A stretch of DNA of 64,000 nt, taken from positions 4,291-68,290 of the forward strand of contig CANJXY010000001.1 of the NCBI GenBank assembly GCA_947478925.1, given 5' to 3'. Made by a program: the position numbers and the translations under genes. The stretch comes from Hyphomonadaceae bacterium. GTDB lineage: Bacteria > Pseudomonadota > Alphaproteobacteria > Caulobacterales > Hyphomonadaceae. Numbering within the stretch: position 1 is the first letter of the stretch; each line of letters opens with the position of its first letter. Under the pieces are notes generated by a model. That model ran no database searches. It saw nothing but the letters and a program-made list of their open reading frames with translations, and was not told the DNA's origin. This document shows positions 17,957 through 28,483 of the stretch, piece by piece.

Positions 17957-19684
17957 ATGGCCAGAATCCTCATCACCTCCGCGCTGCCGTACATCAACGG
18001 CGTCAAGCATCTCGGCAACCTTGTCGGCTCGATGCTGCCCGCTGACGTCTATGCCCGCTACTGCCGCGCGGCGGGGCACGAAGTCCTCTTCATCTGCGCC
18101 ACCGACGAGCACGGTACGCCTGCCGAACTCGCCGCCATCGAGGCCGGCCAGACAGTCGCCGAATACTGCGCCGAACAGCACGACATCCAGAAGACGGTGG
18201 GCGCGGGCTTTTCTCTGTCGTTCGACCATTTCGGCCGCTCGTCCAACCCGCAGAACCGCAAGCTTACGCAACATTTCTGCGAAGTCCTCGAAGCCAACGG
18301 GCTGATCGAGGAACGCACCTCCAAGCAGGTCTACTCGGTAGACGACAAGCGCTTCCTGCCCGACCGCTATGTCGAGGGCACCTGCCCGAACTGCGGCTAC
18401 GAGAAAGCCCGCGGCGACCAATGCGACAATTGCGGGACGCTGCTCGACCCAATCCAGCTGATCACCCCCTACTCGTCCGTCTCCGGCTCGCGTAATGTCG
18501 AGATCCGCGACACGCGCCATCTCTATCTGCTGCAAACCCAGATGCAGGACCAGGTTCGCGCCTTCGTCGACGCCCGCGCCGCCAACTGGCCGAACCTGAC
18601 CACTTCCATAGCCTACAAATGGCTCGATGAAGGCCTGATCGACCGCTCGATCACACGAGATCTGTCATGGGGCATCCCCGTCACGCAGAACGGCAAACCG
18701 CGCCCCGGCTTCGAAGAGAAGGTCTTCTACGTCTGGTTCGACGCGCCAATCGAATACATCGGCGCCACGGTCGAATGGGCTGAAGCGAATGGCGGCAAGG
18801 ATTGGGAACGCTGGTGGCGCACCGACAAGGGCGCGCACGACGTCACCTATGTCGAGTTCATGGGCAAGGACAACGTCGCCTTCCACACGGTCAGCTTCCC
18901 CGTCACCATCCTAGGCTCGAAAGAGCCGTGGAAGCTTGTCGACAAGCTGAAGGCCTTCAACTGGCTGAACTGGTATGGCGGCAAGTTCTCCACCAGTCAG
19001 AAGCGCGGCGTCTTCATGGACAAGGCGCTCGAGCTTCTGCCCGGCGACTACTGGCGCTGGTATCTCATGGCCAACGCGCCGGAGAGCTCCGACACCGCCT
19101 TCACATGGGAATCCTTCAAGGCCTGCGTGAATTCAGACCTCAATGACGTGCTCGGCAACTTCGTGAACCGCATCACGAAATACGCCGCCGCGAGGTTCGA
19201 CTCGAAAGTCCCCGAAGGCGGCGCACCCGGCGAACACGAAGCCTGGATGGCCAACGAGCTGGCGATCCGCTTGCCGGCGCTTATCGGCTATTACGAGGCG
19301 ATGGAATTCCGGAAGGCTGCGGCCGAGACACGCGCCATCTGGGCCGCCGGGAACGAATACATCACCAAGGCCGCCCCGTGGACGGCCTACAAGACCAGCG
19401 TCGAGCTAGCCGCTGTCGGCATCCGCACCGGCCTCAACCTCGTCGCGCTCTTCGGCATCATCGCCCAACCGATCCTTCCCGAAACCGCGAAGAAAATTCT
19501 AGACGCCATCGGCGTTCCCGAAGACCGCCGCAGCCTGAAACCGGTCAACGTCGGCACCGGAGATTATGCGACCCTCCTCAGCGTCCTGCCAGTCAACATG
19601 CCCATCAATGTACCGCCGCAACTCTTCACCAAGATCGAAGACGCGCAGGTCGCCGACTGGACCGCAAGGTTCGGCGGCGGCTGA
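17957..19684 (+). CDS. metG: methionine--tRNA ligase (short form)
   Basis: [21 protein letters not shown] (HIGH-type motif), zinc knuckle [27 protein letters not shown] (KMSKS-type motif). 575 aa. Confidence 0.92.
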   Translation: MARILITSALPYINGVKHLGNLVGSMLPADVYARYCRAAGHEVLFICATDEHGTPAELAAIEAGQTVAEYCAEQHDIQKTVGAGFSLSFDHFGRSSNPQNRKLTQHFCEVLEANGLIEERTSKQVYSVDDKRFLPDRYVEGTCPNCGYEKARGDQCDNCGTLLDPIQLITPYSSVSGSRNVEIRDTRHLYLLQTQMQDQVRAFVDARAANWPNLTTSIAYKWLDEGLIDRSITRDLSWGIPVTQNGKPRPGFEEKVFYVWFDAPIEYIGATVEWAEANGGKDWERWWRTDKGAHDVTYVEFMGKDNVAFHTVSFPVTILGSKEPWKLVDKLKAFNWLNWYGGKFSTSQKRGVFMDKALELLPGDYWRWYLMANAPESSDTAFTWESFKACVNSDLNDVLGNFVNRITKYAAARFDSKVPEGGAPGEHEAWMANELAIRLPALIGYYEAMEFRKAAAETRAIWAAGNEYITKAAPWTAYKTSVELAAVGIRTGLNLVALFGIIAQPILPETAKKILDAIGVPEDRRSLKPVNVGTGDYATLLSVLPVNMPINVPPQLFTKIEDAQVADWTARFGGG

Positions 19685-19703
19685 TCTCCGCGTACCGCCG
19701 CGC

Positions 19704-20228
19704 CTATTCCACTGAACAGAATAGTTCGTCGCCCGACGTCTTCCGGCCGGACGCACACGCGGCGTCCGTAAACGGTGACATCACGCTGCTGAGCCAGTCG
19801 CTGCGTTTCTCGATCTCTGCGATCGGAGTGTCGCCCGTCGGCAGCTCCCGCGTCCAGGCCGGCCATTCCGGCAGGTTGCAGGCCGCGCCTGTCACCAGAC
19901 CCTTGCCGCAGACGTCGTTGCGTACTTCGATCGCCATGGCCGCCCCCCGCTTCAGCGCAGCATCGGCGCGATACATGTCCGTCCGCTCGGGAGAGCTCGC
20001 CGGATCAGGCGCCTCACGTGCAGCGTCCAGCGCCTTGTCGAGAATGACAGTCCAGCGCTCCGCCCCGATCATCACCACGAAAGGATCCAACGGTTCGGCC
20101 GGCGTCATCGGCGCGGCCGCCTGTTGAGGCGCAGCAGCCGGCACAGGTGCCTCGACCCTCTTCTCCTGCGGATTGCAACCAGCTAGCGCGACCATACAAG
20201 CCACACCCAGAATCGCTTTCACCCGCAT
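19704..20228 (-). CDS. lipoprotein, function unknown
   Basis: Internal ATG at 20228 gives MRVKAILGVACMVALAGCNPQ (lipobox LAGC). Pro/Ala-rich linker, four Cys in the C-terminal domain. Confidence 0.6.
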   Translation of the reverse strand: MRVKAILGVACMVALAGCNPQEKRVEAPVPAAAPQQAAAPMTPAEPLDPFVVMIGAERWTVILDKALDAAREAPDPASSPERTDMYRADAALKRGAAMAIEVRNDVCGKGLVTGAACNLPEWPAWTRELPTGDTPIAEIEKRSDWLSSVMSPFTDAACASGRKTSGDELFCSVE

Positions 20229-20377
20229 CGAGTCCTCCCACTTTGCACGAACGATCATAGCAGGCTCCATCCCGGCGACGACAGCGCAGCGCAGTCGAAC
20301 AACAGTTCACCCGATGTCAGGCCTACTTCGCGGCAGCCTGCGGCGCTCTTCGCTCAGGCCCCAAATAATCCGGCGTA

Positions 20378-20800
20378 TCAACAGGCGGTCGGTTCGACGG
20401 ATGTGCCGCAAGCACTTGTTTTCAGAAACTGCTCGCCCCACGCCGGGAACAGCGCGCACCGATGGGCGCCCCCATTCCCCGCCGCCTCGATCGTCGCCAA
20501 GCCCTGCCCCTGCGAGACCGCGACAGCCGGGACCGCCCTGTCCGGGCTGGTCGCCGAACGCCTCGCGAAATGCGGTATCAGCACACCCGGATCGTCCTGC
20601 GCTGCGCTGTCGATATAGATCATCAACACATTCGGTGGGGCGGGATTGAAAGCTACCATCATCTGCGACGTGTTTGTCGCCGGCTGCAGGTTGCGAACCC
20701 CAGCGCCCCGCAGCGCCATCCGGAAAGTCTGCCCGATGCAGGGCATGTGCGTACCGAGCAGGACGCTGCCTTCATGTGTCTTGGTTATCCTTATCCCCAA
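20378..20800 (-). CDS. hypothetical protein, possibly a 5'-truncated alpha/beta-hydrolase relic
   Basis: TTG-initiated 140-aa ORF with coding-like GC3. PPNVLMIYIDSAAQDDPGV...EAAGNGGAH resembles the C-terminal half of esterase or dienelactone-hydrolase folds (PP.L..HG..D ... G..H). No intact GxSxG, and there is no room upstream for an N-terminal half. Confidence 0.35.
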   Translation of the reverse strand: MGIRITKTHEGSVLLGTHMPCIGQTFRMALRGAGVRNLQPATNTSQMMVAFNPAPPNVLMIYIDSAAQDDPGVLIPHFARRSATSPDRAVPAVAVSQGQGLATIEAAGNGGAHRCALFPAWGEQFLKTSACGTSVEPTAC

Positions 20801-20862
20801 AAGAAAGCGGGGTGAACGCAGTGATCTGAACGTAAGGCTGCTACCGAGTCACAGTCGCGCCA

Positions 20863-22623
20863 TCATGTCAGCTGATGCTGGACCATTCGCGCATAGACCG
20901 CACCCTTGGCGAGCAGTTCGTCATGCGAGCCGGCCTCAACCGTGGCGCCATCCTCGACCACGAACAGCCGATCCGCCCGCCGCACCGTGGCCAGCCTATG
21001 GGCCACCACGATGATCGTGCGCTGTCCCGCCAACGCCGCGAGCGCCTGCTGGATACGCGACTCGCTTTCGGAGTCGAGTGCACTCGTCGCTTCATCGAGC
21101 AGCAGCACCGGAGCCTCCGACACCAGCGCACGCGCCAGCGCGATCCGCTGCCGTTGTCCGCCGGAGAGATTGCGCCCCCCTTCGCCCGCCGGCGCGTTCC
21201 ATCCGCCCGGCAGCCTGTCGATGAAATCGCACGCCGCCGCCTTTGCGGCAGCCTGGACCTGTTCTTCCGTCGCGCCGGTCCGGCCGAGCGAAATGTTCTC
21301 GCGGATCGTCGTGTCGAACAGGAACGCATCCTGAGATACAAAAGCGATATTCGCGCGCAGCGACGCAAGCGTTACATCACGAACATCCTGCCTGTCGATC
21401 CGCACTGCCCCAGCGCGCGCTTCGTAGAGACGCAGCAGCAGGCTGAACACGGTCGACTTTCCCGCGCCCGATGGACCGACGATCGCAACCGTCTGGCCCG
21501 GCTCGGCCGTTAGGCTCAGCCCTTTCAGCACGTCCTCGCCAGCCCCATAGCCGAAACGGACCTGGTCGAATTGAACGCTGCCCTGTGCCCGCCCCATGGC
21601 CACCGCATCCGGCTTGTCGCCGACATGCTGCGGTTCATCGATGACCGCATAGATCCGCGCCGCCGCCGCCAGCGCCTCGTTCAAGAGAGCATTCAGCGTG
21701 CCCAGCGCCCTGATCTCAGGCGAGGCCACACCGATTGCGACAATGACGCCCAGCACTTCGCCGACACTGATATCGTTGGTCAGCGCACGCCAGCCCGCAA
21801 ACGCGAACAGCCCGGCCAGCGCAACCCCCCCTACGATCTCGAGAAACGGGTCGGCCAGCGCCTTGGCGCGCAGCACCTTCATGTAGAGCCGCGCACGCTC
21901 GAGAAAGCCCCTGTGCGCTCGGCTCTTCTGGTAGGCTTCGAGGCTGAAAGCCTTGACCGTCCGAGCCCCCTGGAATGCCTCGTTCAAAACGGCCGTCAAA
22001 GCACCCGCCTGCTCCTGCGCCATCCGCGAAGAGTTGCGCACACGCGCGCCGAGGCGAACCACAGGAACGAAAGCGATCGGGTAGACGATGAGCAGCAGGA
22101 CAGTCAGCAACCAGTCGGTCGTCAGCATGTAGATGACGGCCGCCCCAATCGTCAGTGTCGACTTCGCAAGGCTGCTTGCAACCCGCAACGCCGCTTCGCG
22201 CACAAGGATCATGTCGTTCGCGAACTGCGATACATATTCGCCCGTAGCCTTCGACTGCAATCGCGCAAAGTCCCCGTCGATCAAGCGGGCGAACAGCTTT
22301 TCCTGCAGCTTCACAATAGCGTTCTGCACGCCGCGATTGTTCGCCTGCGTCTGCCAGTACATCGCCGGCGCCCGGATCAGCACGAGCGCCATTATCACCA
22401 TCGGCGCAACCGTGAAGATGCGGTTGTCGCCATCTTTCAACCAGTCGGTGGCGAGAGCAGTAATCTGCGAATACCCCCCCGCGCATATGGCGGTGATAGC
22501 GGCAAAGGTCGCGCCGAGCAGGAACCACTTCCACTGGGGGAGCAGCCACTCACGCGCAAATCGGGACAGGAGCCGATCCCGGCCGGGCGGACCGGCGCGG
22601 TTAGGCTCAACGACTTTAGGCAT
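20863..22623 (-). CDS. ABC transporter permease/ATP-binding protein (MsbA-like exporter)
   Basis: ATG at 22623 (MPKVVEPN...). Six-TM region, then Walker A GPSGAGKST, signature LSGGQRQR, Walker B LLLDEATSALD. Confidence 0.88.
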   Translation of the reverse strand: MPKVVEPNRAGPPGRDRLLSRFAREWLLPQWKWFLLGATFAAITAICAGGYSQITALATDWLKDGDNRIFTVAPMVIMALVLIRAPAMYWQTQANNRGVQNAIVKLQEKLFARLIDGDFARLQSKATGEYVSQFANDMILVREAALRVASSLAKSTLTIGAAVIYMLTTDWLLTVLLLIVYPIAFVPVVRLGARVRNSSRMAQEQAGALTAVLNEAFQGARTVKAFSLEAYQKSRAHRGFLERARLYMKVLRAKALADPFLEIVGGVALAGLFAFAGWRALTNDISVGEVLGVIVAIGVASPEIRALGTLNALLNEALAAAARIYAVIDEPQHVGDKPDAVAMGRAQGSVQFDQVRFGYGAGEDVLKGLSLTAEPGQTVAIVGPSGAGKSTVFSLLLRLYEARAGAVRIDRQDVRDVTLASLRANIAFVSQDAFLFDTTIRENISLGRTGATEEQVQAAAKAAACDFIDRLPGGWNAPAGEGGRNLSGGQRQRIALARALVSEAPVLLLDEATSALDSESESRIQQALAALAGQRTIIVVAHRLATVRRADRLFVVEDGATVEAGSHDELLAKGAVYARMVQHQLT

Positions 22624-22867
22624 CGTGTTGCTTGCCCGTTTCCGGATCAAGCAGGCGGTGCGCATGCAGGATAAAGTAACGCACATGGGCGTTGTCGACC
22701 GTCCGTTGGGCCGCCGACTTCCACGCATCGTAAGCGGCGCGATAGCTCGGGAAAGCGCCGACGAAATCAATCTCCTTGAGATTGGCGAACTCGACCGTGC
22801 CGGGATGCTTAAGCTCACCGCCGATCACGATGTGCAGCAGCTGTTTATCGGGATTTTGCGCTGTCAT
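22616..22867 (-). CDS. DUF4170 domain protein
   Basis: 83 aa, MTAQNPDKQLLHIVIGGELKHPGTVEFANLKEIDFVGAFPSYRAAYDAWKSAAQRTVDNAHVRYFILHAHRLLDP. Overlaps the ABC gene start by 8 nt. Confidence 0.7.
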   Translation of the reverse strand: MTAQNPDKQLLHIVIGGELKHPGTVEFANLKEIDFVGAFPSYRAAYDAWKSAAQRTVDNAHVRYFILHAHRLLDPETGKQHDA

Positions 22868-22882
22868 CGAAAGCTCCTGCCG

Positions 22883-23704
22883 TCAGGTCCGGGCGGGTCT
22901 GATCTGCTGGCCGGCCCAGTGCCGGAGCCGATCCATTATCAGCGGGTGAAGCGCGGCGCCAGCAGCGATGGCTCCCTTCTGGATGACAGATTGTCCGTTG
23001 AAAACGAAGGGGCGGCCGCGCCGGTCCGTCGCGACCCCGCCTGCTTCCTGGATCAGTAGCACGGCCGCCGCGAGATCCCAGTCGCTCTTCTCGTTCAGGG
23101 CGACGGTCGCATCCCAGTGCCCGACCGCAACCAGCGACATCCGCCAGGCCATGGCATTCGGCACTTCATCTATCAACCGGAGGTCCGGCCAGTAATGAGC
23201 ATTGCCACGTGCGAACACGTCGGGTTGGCCGATCATGCTGCACGCCAGATTATCGGCGTCACGGACGTCGACCCGCACCCCATTCATGCGCGTACCACCC
23301 CCCATGCGGGCGCCGACGAGTTCATCGAAGTTCGGATTGTAGACAGCCCCCGCGATCGGCGCGCCGTCCTCGATGATCGCGATCGAGACGCAGAACCCCG
23401 TCTCGCCATTCACGAAAGCCTTCGTACCGTCGATCGGATCCACCACGAAGACCCGCTTCTGAGAACGGTCCTGAGCGTTGTCGCGCGTCTCTTCCGACAG
23501 CCAGCCATAGTCGGGCCGCGCCGGGCGTAGACGGCGCGCGATCAGGTCGTTGCACGCGATATCGGCTTCGGTGACGGGATTGTTGGGCGACTTGTCCCAG
23601 CTTCGCGCGCCCTTCTTGAGCCAGTGCATGGATAGTTCACCGGCCTCGCGCGCGACATCAGAAATCAGCGCCAGGTCGGCGTCGAGATCGTTAGCGTCCG
23701 GCAA
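22883..23704 (-). CDS. inositol monophosphatase / 3'(2'),5'-bisphosphate nucleotidase (CysQ) family protein
   Basis: Motifs WLSEET, VVDPIDGTKAF, SDWDLAAAV. The start at 23704 is TTG. Confidence 0.8.
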   Translation of the reverse strand: MPDANDLDADLALISDVAREAGELSMHWLKKGARSWDKSPNNPVTEADIACNDLIARRLRPARPDYGWLSEETRDNAQDRSQKRVFVVDPIDGTKAFVNGETGFCVSIAIIEDGAPIAGAVYNPNFDELVGARMGGGTRMNGVRVDVRDADNLACSMIGQPDVFARGNAHYWPDLRLIDEVPNAMAWRMSLVAVGHWDATVALNEKSDWDLAAAVLLIQEAGGVATDRRGRPFVFNGQSVIQKGAIAAGAALHPLIMDRLRHWAGQQIRPART

Positions 23705-25040
23705 GTGTCATCCCATCAATAAGAATGCTGGGAGCATTCGTCGATCCACGTATCTGCAGGTCGGACCCGGGCACCGCGCGCAGCAACATCGCAGGGATAT
23801 CACCGGCAATAGTAACTTCGGACACGGGATAGGCACGCTGGCCGTTCTCGAACCAGAAGCCGGACACGCCCACCGAATAATCGCCAGTGTTGGGATTAAG
23901 CGAAGGGCCGAACATGTCGGTCACCAGCAAGCCCTTGCCCGCATCGGCCATCAGATCGTCAAGGGAGCGGTCGCCCGGCTGCAGGTCGAGGTTGGAAGTC
24001 GTGACACCTGGCGGATCGCCGAACGCGGTACTGGCAAAACCGTTGGGTGTGAGACCAAGTTGCTTTGCCGACGGTCCATTGAGCAGCCACTGCGTCAGCA
24101 TTCCATCCTCGACCAGCGCGTTGCGCCCCACGGGCCGCCCCTCGCCATCGAATGCCCGCGACCCGAAGCCGCCGATGCGTAACGGATCGTCGACCAAGTT
24201 GACGCCCCTGGCGAACACCTGCTTACCCAACCTGTCTTTCAGAAACGACACGCCTCGCGCGACAGCCGGTCCCGAGATCGCGCCAATGAATGCGCCGATC
24301 AGCCGACTCGACAGCCGGTTCTCGTAGATGACGGCGGCAGTCTGACTTTCCAGCTTGCGCGCACCGAGGCGGGCGATGGCGCGGTTGGCCGCCTCGCGAC
24401 CGACCCATTCGGGCGATTTCAGCTTTGCCTTGCGGCGTTCGGACGTGGACTCGTGGTCCCGCTCCATCGCGCCACCGCGCTCGGCAATCGCCACAGCTGC
24501 CATGGAAGAAATGCCAGACGACTTGCTGGCCCTGAACCCGTTCGACGCGGCCAACCAGGAGCGCGAGCTGTTCCACGAGGCGCCGCTGTGGGACATTTGC
24601 TTCACGCCCGGCACGGCCATCGCGACCGCTTCCATCTCGCGCCCTCGCCGCTCCAGCTCGTCGGCTTCGGGCATGTCGTCACAGTCGAGCTGAAGGTCGA
24701 CATGATTGCGAGTGATTTCGTCGGCCCCGGCGATGCCGCAGAACCTATCCTCCGGCGCGAGGCGCGCCATCGCGACCACACGCTCGCTAAGCGACTGCAA
24801 GGCATCGGGCGATAGATCGGTTGCCGAAACCGTCGCCTGACGCTTTCCAACCAGCGCTCGCAGGGCCAGTCCGCGCGACTCTTCGCGTTCAACCGTTTCG
24901 AGGTCGCCATTGCGGACCTCGACTGACAGGCTGGCGGTTTCTGCAATTCGGGCGTCCACCGCATCTGCGCCGGCCTTGAGCGCAGCCTCGATAAGCGATT
25001 CTAGGAGGTCGCCTGAACTTCCGGGGGAGGATTTGGTCAT
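23691..25040 (-). CDS. pmbA: TldD/PmbA family metalloprotease (PmbA/TldE-like)
   Basis: ATG at 25040 (MTKSSPGSSGDLLESLIEAALKAGADAVDARI...). Full-length PmbA_TldD architecture, C-terminal GDYSVGVSGFWFENG. Confidence 0.85.
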   Translation of the reverse strand: MTKSSPGSSGDLLESLIEAALKAGADAVDARIAETASLSVEVRNGDLETVEREESRGLALRALVGKRQATVSATDLSPDALQSLSERVVAMARLAPEDRFCGIAGADEITRNHVDLQLDCDDMPEADELERRGREMEAVAMAVPGVKQMSHSGASWNSSRSWLAASNGFRASKSSGISSMAAVAIAERGGAMERDHESTSERRKAKLKSPEWVGREAANRAIARLGARKLESQTAAVIYENRLSSRLIGAFIGAISGPAVARGVSFLKDRLGKQVFARGVNLVDDPLRIGGFGSRAFDGEGRPVGRNALVEDGMLTQWLLNGPSAKQLGLTPNGFASTAFGDPPGVTTSNLDLQPGDRSLDDLMADAGKGLLVTDMFGPSLNPNTGDYSVGVSGFWFENGQRAYPVSEVTIAGDIPAMLLRAVPGSDLQIRGSTNAPSILIDGMTLAGR

Positions 25041-25091
25041 GGACCCTATGTGACGTTGCACAGCTGAATCGCCAAGCCCCGCTTCTGGGAT

Positions 25092-25121
25092 GAGGCAAAA
25101 GGCACCGGGCTTTTGCCCGGC
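25092..25121 (-). terminator. Rho-independent terminator downstream of the 25152..25514 gene
   Basis: Minus strand: CCGGGC-AAAA-GCCCGG followed by UGCCUUUUGCCUC. Confidence 0.6.
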
Positions 25122-25151
25122 GCCGCAACCCGTTCCGCCAGATCCGCTAGA

Positions 25152-25514
25152 CTACTTGGCGCGCGGCAGACGATCGTTGATGTCGTCACGGATGTCGAGC
25201 AATGTGACCAGCACGCCGCAAATCAGAGTCGCCGCGACCCAGCCGACGATCAGACCGATGATAATCGACAGCGCAGAAAGCGCCGGCGCAGCCAGCACGG
25301 TGCCCGGATCCACGATGGGGTCCATGGCGACGAGACCCGTCCCCGGATCGACAGCGCCACGTTCCACGAGCACTTTGCCGCTGGACGTGAACTGCGAAAT
25401 CACCGCCTGGATCTGGGCCCGCTCAAGGAACGCGCCGAACGTGTAAAGTGCGATAATTCCGAAGTATGCGTTGTAGACCAGAAAGCGGAAGCTGTTGATG
25501 ATAAAGAACTTCAT
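25152..25514 (-). CDS. small integral membrane protein, function unknown
   Basis: ATG at 25514. MKFFIINSFRFLVYNAYFGIIALYTFGAFL plus a second TM LSALSIIIGLIVGWVAATLICGVLVTLL. Codons look noticeably AT-richer than the neighbours. Confidence 0.5.
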   Translation of the reverse strand: MKFFIINSFRFLVYNAYFGIIALYTFGAFLERAQIQAVISQFTSSGKVLVERGAVDPGTGLVAMDPIVDPGTVLAAPALSALSIIIGLIVGWVAATLICGVLVTLLDIRDDINDRLPRAK

Positions 25515-25613
25515 AGACGACCCCTCCACGCGAACTCTGTAAGTGTCTAGCTTGCAGCAAGGCAACAAACGAGCAGTTTTTTGGTTTGACTGGCCGAAGA
25601 GGCCCCGGCCCCA

Positions 25614-26288
25614 CTATTCGCGGCCCAGCAACTGGTCGACGTCGATCTTCGACTTCCTGCCGTTAAGGAACCGGGCTTTCATCGCCTTGTGGTCATAGCC
25701 CTTGGCGACCCATTCTTCGAATGAGAGACCGACTGGCTTGCCGTTCGCCAGATAGGTTTCAAAGAAGTCGTCCAGGACACCAGTTTTACCATGGCGGACG
25801 TGCAGATACTTGCCCGACAGCTGCTCAAGCGCCTGCTCGATCGGTAATCCCTTGCGGAAATGCTGATACAAAACCGACATCACGCCCGCCCGATCCGCCC
25901 CGGACTTACAATGCATGAGCGCTGGATAGGCGATTGAATCGAACAGCTGTTTCGCCTGCAGAACGCTTTCGGCGGTGGGCACTTCGCGCGAAAACACCTG
26001 AAAATCCACCAGCTCGATGCCAAACAGCGCGCACGCTTCCTTTTCGAGCAAGTAATAGCCCTTGGGGCTCTCCCCGCGCAGGTTGATGATGGTCTTGAGC
26101 CCCAGCTCTTTCGCGTACCGGGCGATATGCTCGGGCGAGGGCTGGTTGGCACGATACATCTCCTCGGAGATCCTATGCAGGTTCCGGAACCTGACCCGCA
26201 GGAACCCGTGGTCGCCCCAGACGAGCTCGCGCCGGGCGCGGCGGCGGCCGGTTCGGGTTGTGAGGTCGATCGCCGCGCTGCCGTTCAT
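25614..26288 (-). CDS. Cys-based protein-tyrosine/dual-specificity phosphatase-like protein
   Basis: P-loop LMHCKSGADRAG (HCxxGxxR). 224 aa. Divergent from the DUF374-waaA operon. Confidence 0.75.
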   Translation of the reverse strand: MNGSAAIDLTTRTGRRRARRELVWGDHGFLRVRFRNLHRISEEMYRANQPSPEHIARYAKELGLKTIINLRGESPKGYYLLEKEACALFGIELVDFQVFSREVPTAESVLQAKQLFDSIAYPALMHCKSGADRAGVMSVLYQHFRKGLPIEQALEQLSGKYLHVRHGKTGVLDDFFETYLANGKPVGLSFEEWVAKGYDHKAMKARFLNGRKSKIDVDQLLGRE

Positions 26289-26411
26289 GTGCGCTAAATG
26301 CCGCTTTTCCGCTGGAATGCAAGGCGGCGGAGCGGTGCCCGCTGGTCGCAGGCTGCTATCCCTTTATCGCCAACATCTGGCGGCGCGCCGATCAGGGAGT
26401 ATATAGCCCCA

Positions 26412-27212
26412 ATGTCGAAACGTCGTTCCCAATCGCCCGTGATTCCCTGGGTCGGAGGCACCCTGATCTGGGCCTACATGTCGATCCTCGCTCATACCAT
26501 GCGCTGGCGGGTCGAGGGCGTGGAGCATATCCGCAAGCTATGGGACAGCCCGCAGGGCTGGGTCGCAGCGACATGGCACTCGCGCATCCTGCTGATGCCC
26601 TACATTCAGATCCTCCAGCGGCCGAAATGGCCGGAGCCCCCCCACCCAGCCGCCCTGATGGTGTCGCCCTCGAAAGACGGCGAATTCACCAAGCGCGCCG
26701 GCACGTGGCTCGGCCTTTACATCATCCGCGGGTCGTCCTCGGGCCGCAGCGACAAGAACAAGCGCGGCGTCTCGGCCGCACGCGAGTGCCTCGAAGTCAT
26801 GAAAAAGGGCGGCTGCGTGGTGATGACCATCGACGGTCCAAAGGGCCCGCGCGAGACTGTCGGCATAGGCACCATCAAGCTGGCGCAACAGATGGGCGCG
26901 CCGATCGTGATCTATGGTCTTTCGGCCGATGCCAAACGTCTCGACACATGGGATCGCCTGCTCTGGCCGAAGCCCTTTGCGCGTGGCGCTGTCGTGATTT
27001 TGGAACCGATCCCGACGTCGAAGAGCATGGATTCCGAAGACCTTCGAGTGCGCGTCGAAATCGCGCTCAGAGCAGCAACCGCTCGGGCCGATGAACTCGC
27101 TGGTCTAGCGCCCGATACCGTGCCTGTGCTCAGAGCTGCAGAGGCTGCGCCGGCACCTGAGCCAGAAACTGTATCCGAACCGCAAGTCGCGCTGGAGCAT
27201 CGCGGCACGTGA
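26412..27212 (+). CDS. DUF374 / lysophospholipid acyltransferase-like protein
   Basis: ATG at 26412 (MSKRRSQSPVIPWVGG...). WHSRILLMPY, SPSKDGEF, MTIDGPKGPRE. Stop overlaps the waaA start (GTGA). Confidence 0.75.
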   Translation: MSKRRSQSPVIPWVGGTLIWAYMSILAHTMRWRVEGVEHIRKLWDSPQGWVAATWHSRILLMPYIQILQRPKWPEPPHPAALMVSPSKDGEFTKRAGTWLGLYIIRGSSSGRSDKNKRGVSAARECLEVMKKGGCVVMTIDGPKGPRETVGIGTIKLAQQMGAPIVIYGLSADAKRLDTWDRLLWPKPFARGAVVILEPIPTSKSMDSEDLRVRVEIALRAATARADELAGLAPDTVPVLRAAEAAPAPEPETVSEPQVALEHRGT

Positions 27213-28483
27213 GGGCATCGCTCGCGCTCTATCGCATCGCCACAACCTTGCTTGAGCCATTGGCGCCAGCACTGGTGCGTGGTCGCGTTAAGTCGGGCAA
27301 GGAGCGCGCGGAGCGCACCGGCGAACGCTTTGGCCGCACAGGCGTCGCCCGCCCAACGGGGCCCCTCCTCTGGATGCACGGCGCCAGCGTGGGTGAGTCC
27401 AAGCTGCTGATCGACCTGTTCGAAGCCATACACGCAAAGCGACCAGACGCACAGGCGCTCGTGACGACGCAAACGACGACCTCCGCCGACATGATAGCAA
27501 CAAAGCCCTCCGCGGCCGTCATTCACCAGATGGCGCCTGTCGATGGCCCGGGCGCGGTAAAGCGTTTTCTCGCCCACTGGCAGCCGAACGCCGCTGTGTT
27601 CGCCGAGGGCGAGATCTGGCCGAACATGCTCACGGGCTTGAAGCGCGCCCAGATCCCCGCTGCGCTGGTCAACGCCCGCATGACGACAAAGACGCTGACC
27701 AGCTGGAATGGACGCAAATCCTCGGCCCGTGAACTGTTCTCTACCTTCGGCTTCATCGGCGCCGCTGACCAACACACGGCTGACGGCCTCGCCTCGGCGA
27801 TTGGTCGCCCGATTGCGCCGGTGGGCAACCTGAAGATGGCAACGCGCATAACGCCCCCACCGGCCGATAAAGTGGCGGCTTTTCGCGCGAACCTGTCGCG
27901 GCCGACCCTGCTGGCCGCCTCCACCCATCCGGGCGAGGATGCTTTTGCGCTTGAGGCTTTCGAACAAGTCCGCCAATCACACCCCGCAGCCCTGCTCATC
28001 ATCGTGCCGCGTCATCCTGATCGTGGCGACGACATTGCTGCGCAGGTCCTCGCGCGAGTTCTCGTCTGCCAGCAATGGTCGAAGCATCGCGCGAGTCCGA
28101 ACCTGAAGACCGAGGTGCTTGTCGCTGACACAATTGGCGAGCTCCTCTTCTGGTACGCCGTTGCGGACGCCATCTATCTGGGCGGCGCCACTTCCGAACG
28201 CGTCGGGGGCCACAATGCGATCGAGCCCGCGCAACTCGGTAAACGTGTCTTCACGGGTCCTCATGGCTTCAACTTCCGCGATACGTTCGAGACTTTGGCC
28301 GGAGCCTCTGCGCTCGTGATCGGCACAACGCCTGCCGAACTGGCCACGTACTGGCGTGGCGAACTCACGCGCGCAGCGCATCCCGTGGCGACCGGCGATC
28401 TGTTCCCCCGGTTTCAGGCGCCGTTCGACATCACAGTCGACGCCATCGTGGCGATGCTCCCCAAGCGTGCGCCCGATGCGTGA
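27209..28483 (+). CDS. waaA: 3-deoxy-D-manno-octulosonic acid (Kdo) transferase
   Basis: LLWMHGASVGES, PRHPDRG, LVADTIGELL, GGHNAIEPA; 424 aa; GTG start. Confidence 0.88.
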   Translation: MRASLALYRIATTLLEPLAPALVRGRVKSGKERAERTGERFGRTGVARPTGPLLWMHGASVGESKLLIDLFEAIHAKRPDAQALVTTQTTTSADMIATKPSAAVIHQMAPVDGPGAVKRFLAHWQPNAAVFAEGEIWPNMLTGLKRAQIPAALVNARMTTKTLTSWNGRKSSARELFSTFGFIGAADQHTADGLASAIGRPIAPVGNLKMATRITPPPADKVAAFRANLSRPTLLAASTHPGEDAFALEAFEQVRQSHPAALLIIVPRHPDRGDDIAAQVLARVLVCQQWSKHRASPNLKTEVLVADTIGELLFWYAVADAIYLGGATSERVGGHNAIEPAQLGKRVFTGPHGFNFRDTFETLAGASALVIGTTPAELATYWRGELTRAAHPVATGDLFPRFQAPFDITVDAIVAMLPKRAPDA